Assembly: GCA_963810095.1 (NCBI GenBank)
Contig: CAWEMM010000002.1
Location: 256,001-320,000 of the forward strand
Length of the DNA: 64,000 bases
From: an uncultured Chloroflexia bacterium
GTDB taxonomy: Bacteria; Chloroflexota; Anaerolineae; CG2-30-64-16
Direction: 5' to 3'
Of the stretch, positions 26,701 through 35,736 are shown in pieces; position 1 is the first letter of the stretch; each line of letters starts with the position of its first letter. The notes below the pieces were generated by a model. The model had not been told where the DNA came from and searched no databases. It was given only the letters and a program-made list of their open reading frames with translations. A program made the position numbers and the translations under genes.

Positions 26701-29700
26701 AAAGCCCGTGCCCGTGATCGTGAACGAAGTGTTCGGGCTCACGTTGGGCTTGGAGACCCGGAGCAACTGCGGTGTGGCTGCATCCAGCGTGCAGCTGACC
26801 TGGTTCACCTGGCCGCCGGGAAGCTGGACGGTGACGCCGACCTGGGTCGGCGCGAGGTCGGCCGGCACCAACAGCCCCGGAATCGTCTCGAATTCGGCTG
26901 CGATCGTCCGGAACTGCGGCTTGTAGTTCGGGTTGAGCACGCCCGGCGTGCCCGGGTCGTTGCCTACAAAGCGGTACAGGTTGGCGCACACGCCCGAGGG
27001 CGTCGGGCAACTGATGCGGTTGCTCGACGGCAAGAGCACGTCCCAGAGACCGTTGAAGTCGGATTCGACCGTCTGCACCAGCCGGTTGGTCCAATCATAG
27101 ATGCCTACCGGCGCGAACGGCACGCCCGCCTTCTCGCCGAAGAGCAGCGAGCGGGGATCGCCCGAGAAGTTCAGGTCGTCGACGACAAGGCCCCAGATGC
27201 GTGTGGGCAGCGGGACGTCGGTGAAGACGTTGAAGGTCGGGACGATCGACTTGCCGTTGTTGAGTTGCACCAGCTTCGTGTCGCAGTACGGCCGGGCTTG
27301 GCCCTCGTACGGCGACGCGCCGATGTCGAGGAACGTGGGGTTGTCCACGGGCGTCGAGGCCGGCACGGTCACACCGAGGGGCACCGTATTGCCGTCGCCT
27401 GCCTGCGGGGCATAGCCATCCGTGCCAAAGTTCAGCACGTCGACCGTGTGCAGGGGGCCTGCGCATGCGGGCGGCGGCACCTGCGGGACGAACTGGTCGC
27501 CGTTGGCGATGTTGATGTCCTCTTCGCGCGTGAACTGGTAGGTGGGCTGACCCCGGACGTCCGCGGGCACCTCGACATGGACGAGGTAATCACGGCCGCC
27601 GGGCAGCGGATCGAAGGTCCCACCCACGCACACCGGGTTCTCTGGGTCAGTCGCGTCGAGCGTGCCGTTGAAGCAGCCGTCGCCGAAGCCGTAGTTCCCG
27701 TCGACCGCCGCGCCGAAATTGGCATCCGGCGTGCCCTGGTCGGTCGCGTACGGCCCGAACTGCACGCCCATCAGCGGCCCCTCCAGACAGTCGGTGCTCG
27801 CCGCGGTCACCTTTTGGTCGTTCGGATACGCCAGCGGGTTGCCGTCCACGTCGCGCGCGATGCAGTTGTCGCTGGGCCGCTGCCAAGATTCGGTCACGTA
27901 GGTGTTCAGCAGCTTGCCGCGGGAATAGGAGCCGTCCGGCTCCAACTGGTACCAGCCGTCGGCGTCGCAGGGCTTGCTGCCGTCGACGGGGCAGTCGACC
28001 GGCTCATACAGGTCGACGGTGAGCCCCGATACCCCGGGTTGCCAGTCTTCGACGGCCGCATAGCGCGGGTCCAGCTCGTTGCGGGTGGTGTCGTAGCTGA
28101 CCGTGCCGACGATGCCGCCGTTGCGCGGGTCGATCCCGTTCGTGCCGGCCGCATCATAGGCGTGCAGGCCCCAATCGAGGCGCCCGCTCAGACCGATAAT
28201 CGGCAGCACGCTCACGTCGACGCCCGATCCGAGCACCGTGGTGGGCGCGGCCTGATTGTCGGCCTGGTAGGTGATGCCGGTCGTGTAGTAGAGGTCGCTG
28301 TACGCTTCTTCGACCAGCCACTGCGTCATCGGGTAGGCGTTCTCCATGACGTAGTAGCCGTTGGCGTCGGTCGTCACGGCCGTCGCGCCGCGATCCATCA
28401 GCGAGTTTTCGCGCTTGCGCATGGTCAGCGTGAAGTTCGGAATGCCCGGCTCGCCGGGGTCTTTGATGCCGTTGCGGTTCGTGTCGTTGAAGACGTAACC
28501 GTCGATCTGGGTCCACCAGCCGGTCAGCGGCAGGATGCCCATGTCGACCAGTTCGCCGTTGCGCACGGTGACGTTGAGCAGGTCGAAGATGTAATCCTGC
28601 GGCTCGTCCCACCATGAGAGGGTGTAATTACCGTCCGGCACGTTCTTGATGTCGAACGCGCCGTTGGCGTCGCCCTGGCCGACATATACGACGGAGTCGC
28701 CGTTGGTCAGGTCCGTAAGTGCGACCCACGGCTCGGGAATCGGCTTGTCGATTTTCGCGCCCGTCATGCCACCCCAGATGGTGCCGGGCAGGCCGAGCCC
28801 GCCCTTGGCCGGGACGTAGACCTTGGCCGCGTCGATCACGCCCTTGATCTCGCCGCTGCCGCCGGCCAGCGAATTGCCCGGATTAACAAAACCAAAGAAG
28901 GTCGCCGGGAACGGCTCGCCCGCGACGACAAATTCCGTATCGTAGCCGGTCGCGCCTTCCATGACCCAGGCGTCCCAGTCGTGATTGCCTTCGAGCGTCG
29001 TCGTCTGAATCCACGTCTGACCGTCAGGCGGGGTCACAGATAAGGCATAGCGGTTGGGGCCCATGTGCGGGATTGCCAGGTCCCCGTTCGCGTCGCTGAG
29101 GCACTTCCCGCCGGTGCCCGGAAGCGGGATAGGGAGTTGGTCGGCGTCCAGCGCGCTCGTCGGGATCTCGAACGTCGCGGGATCCTCGCCCTGGTATTTC
29201 GTGCACAGCGGGTTGCCGTAGATGTCAGTGGTGACTTCGCCGAGGTAATCGGCGATGTGCCCCTGGAAGCCGGCCAGCCCGTGCTCGGCCGGAGCGTCAG
29301 GCGCGCTGTTCACGGGCGATGAGTCCTCGAACACCCAGGTGCGGATGGTCGCATCGGGCACCGGCCATGGCTGGAGCTCGACGGTGAGTGGGCCGGCCGT
29401 CGGCATCGTGAAGTGCGCGCCGTCCAACTTATAGCCATCGGCCAGTACCGAGATCAGGTAGCGGCCGTCGGGCAGCGAGAGACCGCTCGCGAAGTCGTCC
29501 TGGTCGCCCTGCGTGACGATGGGGCTCGAGCCCGGGACGCCGGCGATCGAGGTCCACTTGCAGGTGCCCGGGTAGCCCGGATCGTTGGGCGTACATGCGC
29601 CCGGTAGCGCACCCGTTGTCGGGTCAGGCCGCTGGTCGGTCGTGCCGGTATTGTCCAAGTTGATGATGTACTTGTACGTGGTAATCTTGTCACCCTGGTT

Positions 29701-29937
29701 CACATGGCCGCCCGGGTGCCGGGGTTCGGTTCTGGCACTTACCACGTCGAGCTGCAGGATACTCGCAGCAGCGAGCAGGCTGCGGGCTTCTTTCTTCACC
29801 GGTGCCTCGGCCGCCGCAGGCTGCGCCAGCGCCGGCAGTGAGGTCGTGATCAGAATCGCCAGCAACAGGAGATGCCAGCTCACGCGAAATGACGTCCGGT
29901 TTCTTCCCATCGAAGGACCTCCTTGGTTGTACGCCAC
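23788..29937 (-). CDS. 2049-aa secreted multidomain protein (SdrD-B-like, IPT/TIG, right-handed beta-helix, DUF11-like, C-terminal beta-sandwich)
   Basis: Intact ORF with signal peptide; GYVFNDTNRNGIKDPGEPG; TITGTGFG...SWSDTQIVVRVP; IANNRI/IHHNRI/IYNNLI helix repeats; DLSITKT...GDTVIYTI...DPNTANNSATD. Confidence 0.9.
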   Translation of the reverse strand: MAYNQGGPSMGRNRTSFRVSWHLLLLAILITTSLPALAQPAAAEAPVKKEARSLLAAASILQLDVVSARTEPRHPGGHVNQGDKITTYKYIINLDNTGTTDQRPDPTTGALPGACTPNDPGYPGTCKWTSIAGVPGSSPIVTQGDQDDFASGLSLPDGRYLISVLADGYKLDGAHFTMPTAGPLTVELQPWPVPDATIRTWVFEDSSPVNSAPDAPAEHGLAGFQGHIADYLGEVTTDIYGNPLCTKYQGEDPATFEIPTSALDADQLPIPLPGTGGKCLSDANGDLAIPHMGPNRYALSVTPPDGQTWIQTTTLEGNHDWDAWVMEGATGYDTEFVVAGEPFPATFFGFVNPGNSLAGGSGEIKGVIDAAKVYVPAKGGLGLPGTIWGGMTGAKIDKPIPEPWVALTDLTNGDSVVYVGQGDANGAFDIKNVPDGNYTLSWWDEPQDYIFDLLNVTVRNGELVDMGILPLTGWWTQIDGYVFNDTNRNGIKDPGEPGIPNFTLTMRKRENSLMDRGATAVTTDANGYYVMENAYPMTQWLVEEAYSDLYYTTGITYQADNQAAPTTVLGSGVDVSVLPIIGLSGRLDWGLHAYDAAGTNGIDPRNGGIVGTVSYDTTRNELDPRYAAVEDWQPGVSGLTVDLYEPVDCPVDGSKPCDADGWYQLEPDGSYSRGKLLNTYVTESWQRPSDNCIARDVDGNPLAYPNDQKVTAASTDCLEGPLMGVQFGPYATDQGTPDANFGAAVDGNYGFGDGCFNGTLDATDPENPVCVGGTFDPLPGGRDYLVHVEVPADVRGQPTYQFTREEDINIANGDQFVPQVPPPACAGPLHTVDVLNFGTDGYAPQAGDGNTVPLGVTVPASTPVDNPTFLDIGASPYEGQARPYCDTKLVQLNNGKSIVPTFNVFTDVPLPTRIWGLVVDDLNFSGDPRSLLFGEKAGVPFAPVGIYDWTNRLVQTVESDFNGLWDVLLPSSNRISCPTPSGVCANLYRFVGNDPGTPGVLNPNYKPQFRTIAAEFETIPGLLVPADLAPTQVGVTVQLPGGQVNQVSCTLDAATPQLLRVSKPNVSPNTSFTITGTGFGAQGSKSKVTLDGNTALSVTSWSDTQIVVRVPSSIPGNFGGPHQLAVTANNGQSTVNGLTMHIIAGTYNPVVYEVGPGKAFATIQAAIDKSAADDAAPGNYRGGLVVVYPGQPDLTNPRNNPRGAYYENLIVSNPIKLQGVGPGGFQGTTFVPGSIIDAGAFGGDTALADAWRAKIATLSWAGNQNVYEGAGIYLLANVNQFGNSFRASIDGFDIRGGDQMGFPNNINQIGGGATGQPPAVETQGGAIFANAYVRYLQITNNVIENNGGAYGTIRLGTPDLPAPDTNQHNENVRIANNRIIHNGGTNLAGGIGLFAGADNYEVANNDLCGNFSAEYGGALSVYGYSPSGKIHHNRIYFNQSYDEGGGIMIAGQLPANPATLSPGSGPVDIYNNLIQANLGNDDGGGLRFLMAGNFPMNVYNNMIVNNVSTHEGGGIGINDAPQVRVYNNTFMKNLTTATAVTSNGQPAPAGLSTSLNSDQLQATLPAGSPAFSNPLLFNNIFWDNRAGTRAGGSVTGLGIGGAGDIYNWDLGVADGFGQVSPTNSLLQTTTGTIASPTNQIVDPAVQTTFDLSVAFNVWRNNPNFVAPIMVAADLPPTLLGNYHLTNTSPAKDAGAASKTGVNAPAFDFDNDLRPAGAGYDSGADELPQLASGDLSITKTHSPSTAQPGDTVIYTIRAANAGPNAINGATVTDGFPAAVTGVSWTCTAAGGAACSAASGSASINSSVNLPAGGSVTFTANATLAYNASGSVVNTATVTLPANAIDPNTANNSATDTLALTTPTLPALTVRDNFNRTNANTLGNNWSQVTAFGSAAIRVNSNQAFASVLGAAFWNVPTTGFGAGQAVAFTFANAPAGGSGLVLKVTGSSATLPTNFIRVQYQTTGGGQLTVATTTNGGLSYTTRGQTMTAAFVTGDTLAAAAYADGSVAVFKNGAFVGRAAGTGFTGTGRIGIQLPANARVDDFRGDTLLP

Positions 29938-30060
29938 TTGTCTAACTTTCGAGAAAGGATTGGGCGCTGCGTGTAACGGGAGGGTGGAGCGCCGCTGAGA
30001 CGCAGAAGAGTGTAGTGGAGCGGTAGGCGGGTTACATCACGCGGTAGCAGGAAAGCGTAC

Positions 30061-30077
30061 CCTCCTTTGGTAGGAGG
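30061..30077. promoter_or_regulatory. Palindrome CCTCCT-N5-AGGAGG upstream of the MCO operon
   Basis: Shares TGGTAGGA with the palindrome at 30611-30634; further GGTAG half-sites at ~30022 and ~30043. Confidence 0.5.
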
Positions 30078-30123
30078 CCATTTCGTGCGTTTTAGCTGAT
30101 TCGTCGGCTGACGTGCGAGGCTA

Positions 30124-30525
30124 CTATGAGAATGACGATCGCGGGCGGATGTCGCGGAAGGCCCTCAACAGGTTTTCAGGCCGGTCTTTCTCGACTCATA
30201 CGGCGGCGCCCGCGGCCACGAGTGCTGCTTGGGTTACCGGATCAACGAACAGGGCGAGCAATATCAGAACACAGGTTGGACACCGGGCAACGATCTGGCA
30301 AACCGCCGACGCGGCGTCTCTGCTGACCAGTTCCAGGAGGACGACCTGGGGCTGGTGGTCGTGGGCGATCCGCAACGCATCCCTCAACGTACCCGCTTCG
30401 CCGACCACACTCACGCCAGGCTCAGTCTCGAGCACCATGCGCAGGCCGATCCGGTTCTGCGGACGGCCGTCGATGATCAGGACAGTCAGGCGTGTGGAGG
30501 GATCGCTCGTGGGCCGCGTCATCAT
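30124..30525 (-). pseudogene. Stand-alone atypical receiver domain interrupted by an in-frame TGA
   Basis: VLIIDG...VVGEA...PQVVLLEL (Glu at the phospho-Asp position)...GAAV-TGA(30196-30198)-VEKDRPENLLRAFRDI; next stop at 30124. Confidence 0.6.
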
Positions 30526-30610
30526 CCTTGTCCCGTCTCCGGAAATTGCGTTCCGAAATTACGCCGTCATGGTGCAATAGTATTATAGCTTAGTGTCCCT
30601 GTCCGTTCGT

Positions 30611-30634
30611 CGCATCCTACCCTGGTAGGATGCG
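30611..30634. promoter_or_regulatory. Perfect 11-bp-arm palindrome upstream of the NarL-type regulator
   Basis: cgcatcctacc ct ggtaggatgcg. Confidence 0.55.
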
Positions 30635-30676
30635 TGTTTCCTCACTTCGTGTGCCGGTGAAGGAGCGACCAGTTCA

Positions 30677-31330
30677 ATGCCCATCCAGGTTCTGATCGTC
30701 GACGACCACTCGGTCGTCCGCCAGGGTTTGCGCATCTTTCTTGACATGGACCCCAATATCCGCATCGTCGGCGAAGCGACGAGTGGCACGAGCGCAGTCC
30801 AGATGGCGCGGGACTTGCGGCCCGATGTGGTGCTGATGGACTTATTGATGCCGGGCGTAGACGGCATTACTGCCACACGCGTGATCCGCCGCGAACTGCC
30901 CGATGTCGAAGTCATCGCGCTGACCAGCGTACTGAAAAACGAGCTCGTCGTGCAAGCCGTCCAGGCCGGCGCAATCGGCTACCTGCTCAAAGACACCGAT
31001 GCCCCCAAGCTGCGCCAGGCCATCCACGCAGCGGCGGCGGGCGAGGTGCAGTTATCCCCTGAGGTTGCCGCTATGCTCCTCAAGGAGGTGCGGGCGCCGC
31101 ACGAGATGGAGCACCTGACCGACCGCGAGATGGACGTGCTGCGGCTGGTGGCCCGCGGTCTGGCCAACAAGGAGATCGGCCGCGAGCTTTTCATCAGTGA
31201 GACGACGGTGAAAAGCCACGTGAAGAGCATCATGGACAAACTCGAGCTCCCCAGCCGCATTCACCTGGCGCTTTACGCCGTGCGCATGGGCCTGGCGTCG
31301 CTCGACCCGAAGGCGCCCTTGCTGAAATGA
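30677..31330 (+). CDS. NarL/FixJ-family response regulator
   Basis: IVDDH, LMDLLMP, GYLLKD; LuxR HTH LTDREMDVL...GLANKEIGRELFISETTVKSHV. Confidence 0.96.
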   Translation: MPIQVLIVDDHSVVRQGLRIFLDMDPNIRIVGEATSGTSAVQMARDLRPDVVLMDLLMPGVDGITATRVIRRELPDVEVIALTSVLKNELVVQAVQAGAIGYLLKDTDAPKLRQAIHAAAAGEVQLSPEVAAMLLKEVRAPHEMEHLTDREMDVLRLVARGLANKEIGRELFISETTVKSHVKSIMDKLELPSRIHLALYAVRMGLASLDPKAPLLK

Positions 31331-33200
31331 GCAGTTCCGACCCCGGGCGCGAGCCTGCGGCCAGGCGCCTGGACACGCGTTCGGCCGTGTCGATCTCGGT
31401 GACCTTCACCCTGCTCGTGGGCGTCCTCGCCCTCCTCGTGAACCTGGTGTTGGTCAGGCTGGAGCCCCCGGGCGCATACGCGCTCAGATACGATCTGACC
31501 GCGGACATTATGCTGGCAGCCATTGCCGGCTTGGTCCTGTACGACCTGCTCCGCCGGGAAGCGTTGGCGAAGCGCCGTGCGGCCGCCCTGCTCCAGCGTG
31601 AGCAGGCGGCGCAACAGGAGATCGCGCAGGTACGGGCCAATGAAGATGAGCGGCGCCGGCTCATCCAGATCATGGACACGATCCCCGAAGGTGTCTGCAT
31701 CATCAGCGAAGACTTCGACATGGACTATGTGAACCCCGTGCTCGAGCGAACGTTTGGCGCGCCGGGGGGCCGGAAGTGCTACGACTACCTCAACGGCTTC
31801 GCCGAGCCGTGTGCCCAGTGCCCCAATGACGACGTCTTCGCGGGCAGCACCGTGCGCCGTGAGTGGGTGGATCAGCGGAGCGGGCGGACGTACGAGCTGG
31901 TCGACACGCCCATGCCTGCGCTCGCGGGCAAGAGGATGAAGCTGGAGCTGCTCACCGACGTCACCGAGGACGTCGAGGCCCGTAAGCGGACTGAGGAACT
32001 GATGGCAGAGGTGGCTCGGCAGGCGGAGGAGGCTCGAGCCGCACGGGCCGACGCCGAAGAACATGCGGAAGAGCTGGAAGCCCTGCTCGACATGTCCGCG
32101 CGCTGACGTCGACGCTGCAATCCAGGCCCTTGCTTGACCTGATCCTGTGCGAATTGAAAGAGGTGGTCGACTACTCCAACGCGTTCCTTGCGATGGTGGA
32201 GGGCGAGCACCTGGTAGTCGTCGCATATCAAGGGCATGAGCCCGAGGCATCGATGCAGGGCCGGCGTGTCCCTCTGCGCGACGCCGCCGGCTTCCGCGCA
32301 ACCGTCCGTGACGGACAGCCCATCGTGATCGACGACCTGGCAACCGACACGCCCCTGGTGCGCGCGATGCGCAACGCGCCGGACCCCCTGATTTGGGGCT
32401 CGCTCCGAAACCTCCGGGCGTGGATGGGCGTGCCGCTGTACATTCAGGACCGGGTGGTGGGCTTCCTGCGCCTCGCACACGTTTCGCCGGGCCACTATAC
32501 CGCGCACCATGCCGGCCTGGCGCTGGCGGTTGCCAGCCATGCGGCCATCGCGCTGGAGAACGCCCGGCTGTACGAGGAAGCGCACAAGGTGGCGACGCTG
32601 GAGGAACGCCAGCGCATGGCCGGCGAGTTGCACGATTCGGTGTCGCAGGCGCTGTACGGGATAGCCTTGGGCACTCACACGGCCCGCGAGCAACTCGACC
32701 ATGCGCCGGAGAAACTGCCCGAGACGCTTGACTATGTGCTCTCGCTCTCGGACACTGCGGTCACCGAGATGCGCTCGCTCGTGTTCGAGCTACACCCCGA
32801 GTCGCTCGAACAGCTTGGGCTGGTGACCCTCCTTACGAAACTGGTGGAAACCGCCCGTGCGCGCGACAACGTGGTCGTCGAGCTCGACCTGTGTCCCGAG
32901 CCGGCCGCGCCGCTCGAGTTCAAGGAAATGGTCTACCGGATCGTGCAGGAGGCGCTGCGGAACATTGCCAAGCACGCGGCCGCAAGCCGCGTCCAGCTGC
33001 GGATGCACACTGACGGGTCCTGGATGGACATTCTGGTGGTTGACGATGGGGTGGGGTTTGATGCGACCGCGCAGTTCCTTGGGCACTACGGGCTGCAGTC
33101 CATGGCCGAGCGGGCGGTGCGCCTTGGCGGCACCCTCACCGTCGAGAGCACGCCGGGGCAAGGCACTCGGGTAACCGCCCGCGTCCCCATGGACGAGTGA
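31327..33200 (+). CDS. Sensor histidine kinase, 2 TM + PAS + GAF + HisKA_3 (frameshift ~32100)
   Basis: PAS with CYDYLNGFAEPCAQCP; GAF ending AIALENARLY; EERQRMAGELHDSVSQ; QEALRNIAKHA, DDGVGF, GLQSM. Confidence 0.92.
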
Positions 33201-33206
33201 GGCGCT

Positions 33207-34121
33207 TTAGGCTCTCGCCAGCCGCCATTGGCCGCGCACGGCCAGGGCCATTTTCTGCCATTTCGAGGTGGTCGCACGCTTCGTGAACACATCGTACCCG
33301 TTGCGCCGGATGCTCTCGTGGATCGCCTGGTACACCTCGAGTGCAGCGACGACCCCCCAGCGCCCCGCCGCCAGTCGCTTGATGCCCGGCAGTGCGTACC
33401 GGTAATAGTCGTCGGTGCGCGCTATCTGGAACTCCATGAGCTCGACGAATTGCTGGCTGATCCGGGAGTTGGCCAGGTCCTCCTCCGTCACCCCGAAGCG
33501 CGCCATGTCCTCCAGGGGAAGGTAGATGCGGCCGATCCTGAAGTCTTGCCCCACGTCGCGCCAGAAGTTGCTGAGCTGCATGCCGTTCGAGAGGCTGTCC
33601 GCATAGGGCAGGGTATCCTCGACCGTATGCGGTGGCAGAACCCCCACGATGTAGGTCATGGCCCGGCCGACCGGCAGCGCGCTCCCCTCCATGTAGTAGA
33701 GCAGGTCGGAGAAAGTGGGGAAGCGGGTGACGGTCAGGTCGGCCTTCATCGAGCGGAAGTAGGGCGTCATGACCTCGGGCGGGATGCCGAACTTTAGCGC
33801 CGTATCGACATAGGCACGCATCACCGGGTGGCAGCTCGTACATGAATCAAACGCCTGCCAGTACTGCTGCTCCCAATCCTCGATGGCGGCGAGGGGCGAC
33901 GCGAAGCCCTGGAAGGAGACGTCGACGCGATCGTCGCCCACCCGCATGAGCGCGTAGAGCGCTTCGACGTGAGGCAGGATGCGCCTCGGCAGGAGGCGGC
34001 TGGCGAACGAGTAGTTCTTGCTCGCCCGGAGCATTACCTGCCGGCACTCGGCATAATCTTCGGCTGTTGCAATCGGACGGGCGGCGGTCGTCATGGCGAC
34101 CATACTATAACCTTTTTCCAC
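33207..34121 (-). CDS. crtB: Phytoene/squalene synthase family protein (CrtB/CrtM-like), copy 2
   Basis: SKNYSFASRLLP, YALMRVGDDRVD, MQLSNFWRDVGQD, GRIYLP. Confidence 0.88.
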   Translation of the reverse strand: MEKGYSMVAMTTAARPIATAEDYAECRQVMLRASKNYSFASRLLPRRILPHVEALYALMRVGDDRVDVSFQGFASPLAAIEDWEQQYWQAFDSCTSCHPVMRAYVDTALKFGIPPEVMTPYFRSMKADLTVTRFPTFSDLLYYMEGSALPVGRAMTYIVGVLPPHTVEDTLPYADSLSNGMQLSNFWRDVGQDFRIGRIYLPLEDMARFGVTEEDLANSRISQQFVELMEFQIARTDDYYRYALPGIKRLAAGRWGVVAALEVYQAIHESIRRNGYDVFTKRATTSKWQKMALAVRGQWRLARA

Positions 34122-35606
34122 CTAGATGCCGTAATCTTTCGCCAGCCTTTCCTGCAAAAGCCTGGCGGACAGGAGCACCATGGGCATGCCGATGCCCGGG
34201 TAGGTGGCCTGTCCCACGAAATAGAGTCCCGCGATGTCGCGCGCCTTGTTGTGCGGGCGGAAATACGACGACTGGAAAAAGGCCTGCGAGAGCGAGCCAA
34301 ACGCGACACCGTACGGCGCGTTGATGTCGCGCTCCCAGTCCTGGGGCCGGTACTCCCGCTCCCACACGACGTGCTTGCGTATATCCGGGTCGACGATGCG
34401 CTCGAGCTGCCGGTAGAGCTTCTCACGGATGACCGGGATCGCCGCATCCCAGTCGTTCTTGCGCTGCAGGTTCGGCATGGGCGCGAGCAGGTAGAGCACG
34501 CTGTGGCCGGGCGGCGCAAGCGACGGGTCGGTCACCGACGGGTTGTTGAGATGGAACGAGGGATCGTCGGGGATGGTCTTCGTGTGGAAGATCGCATCGA
34601 GGTTGGCGCGGTAATCGTCCGAGAAGTACAGGGCCTGGTGGCGCATGTGATCGTACTGCCGGTCCAACCCCAGGTACATCAGATATCCCGAGCAGGCGTA
34701 GTCCATACGGTCGAGCTTGGCGTCGGTGTAGACCTTGCGGAACTCGGGCCGGATGAGCCGCTTGTAGGTGTAGACCAGGTCGGCGTTCGAAACGACGATG
34801 TGCGCGGGAACGAACTCGCCCGACTGGAGCGTTACGCCCGTCGCCTTGCCATTGGCGACGTTGATCTCCTTCACGGCCGTCGAGGTGCGCAGGTTTACCC
34901 CCATCTCCCCACACAGCTTCACCATGTCCTCGATGATGCTGTAGATGCCGCCCATGGGATACTGCATTCCTTCGACCAGGTCGGCGTAGGTGATCAGGCT
35001 GTACATGGCCAGTGCGTCGAAAGGCGACAGGCCCAGGAACATCGAGTGGAACGAGAAGGCCTTGCGCAGCTTGTCCGTGTGGAAGTACTTGCCCACTTGC
35101 TCATAGAGGTTCTGGTATGCGCTCGTCTGCACCAGCCGCACGCCGGCCATCGGATTGGCGAGGTCGGTGATGTGGTCGTAGTTGCGATCGACGAAATCCA
35201 TCCCCAGCTCGTACTTCTTCGCGCTGTCGCCGATGAAGCGGAACAGGCGCTCGGTCACGCCGGGCTCCACCCGCTCCACCTCGGCCGACAGCTTCGCCAT
35301 GCTGTTATACAGGTCGATGTGCGTGCCGTCGTGATAGTAGATGCGATAGTTCGGGTCGAGCGCCTTGAACGCGATACGCTGGTTCAGGTCCTGGCCGATG
35401 GCGCGGTAAGTCTCCTCGAACGTCTCCTTCATTACGAGGATCGTGGGGCCGATATCGACCCGGAACCCGTTTTCCTGCAGCACGTTGGAGCGCCCGCCGG
35501 GCCGCGCCAGCTTCTCGAGCACGGTCACGTCGAACCCCATGTGCCGCAGCCGCAGCGCCGCGGCCAACCCGCCCATTCCCGCACCGATGATGACGACCGA
35601 TTTCAT
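34122..35606 (-). CDS. crtI: Phytoene desaturase family (CrtI/CrtN-like)
   Basis: Likely start MKSVVIIGAGMGGL after GAGGGAG; GFRVDIGPT; YPMGG; LYFVGQATYPGIGMPMVLLSA. Confidence 0.87.
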   Translation of the reverse strand: MKSVVIIGAGMGGLAAALRLRHMGFDVTVLEKLARPGGRSNVLQENGFRVDIGPTILVMKETFEETYRAIGQDLNQRIAFKALDPNYRIYYHDGTHIDLYNSMAKLSAEVERVEPGVTERLFRFIGDSAKKYELGMDFVDRNYDHITDLANPMAGVRLVQTSAYQNLYEQVGKYFHTDKLRKAFSFHSMFLGLSPFDALAMYSLITYADLVEGMQYPMGGIYSIIEDMVKLCGEMGVNLRTSTAVKEINVANGKATGVTLQSGEFVPAHIVVSNADLVYTYKRLIRPEFRKVYTDAKLDRMDYACSGYLMYLGLDRQYDHMRHQALYFSDDYRANLDAIFHTKTIPDDPSFHLNNPSVTDPSLAPPGHSVLYLLAPMPNLQRKNDWDAAIPVIREKLYRQLERIVDPDIRKHVVWEREYRPQDWERDINAPYGVAFGSLSQAFFQSSYFRPHNKARDIAGLYFVGQATYPGIGMPMVLLSARLLQERLAKDYGI

Positions 35607-35645
35607 ACCAACTCCCTCAAGATGCTTCCCAAACGGACCCCTCTG

Positions 35646-35717
35646 AACCACAAAGGCACAAAGACACAACGCCCATCAAGCCTTCATGCGTGTTCGTGGC
35701 TTAGTGTCTTTGCGGTG
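35646..35717. repeat. Imperfect palindromic element, family B (ACCACAAAG.CAC..AG ... CTT.GTG.C.T.G.GGT)
   Basis: Related copies at 39083-39205 and 60814-60885; ~8-9-bp periodic units. Confidence 0.7.
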
Positions 35718-35736
35718 GAAACGAAACCTCGGCTGT

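Noticed and set aside
25303-28617. 1104-aa plus-strand ORF and other long antisense ORFs (e.g. 33969..35786, 48992..50617)
   Set aside because: Shadow ORFs opposite real genes in high-GC DNA; no recognisable motifs.
30196-30198. Selenocysteine in the receiver-domain protein
   Set aside because: The position is not a redox Cys site and there is no convincing SECIS hairpin downstream.
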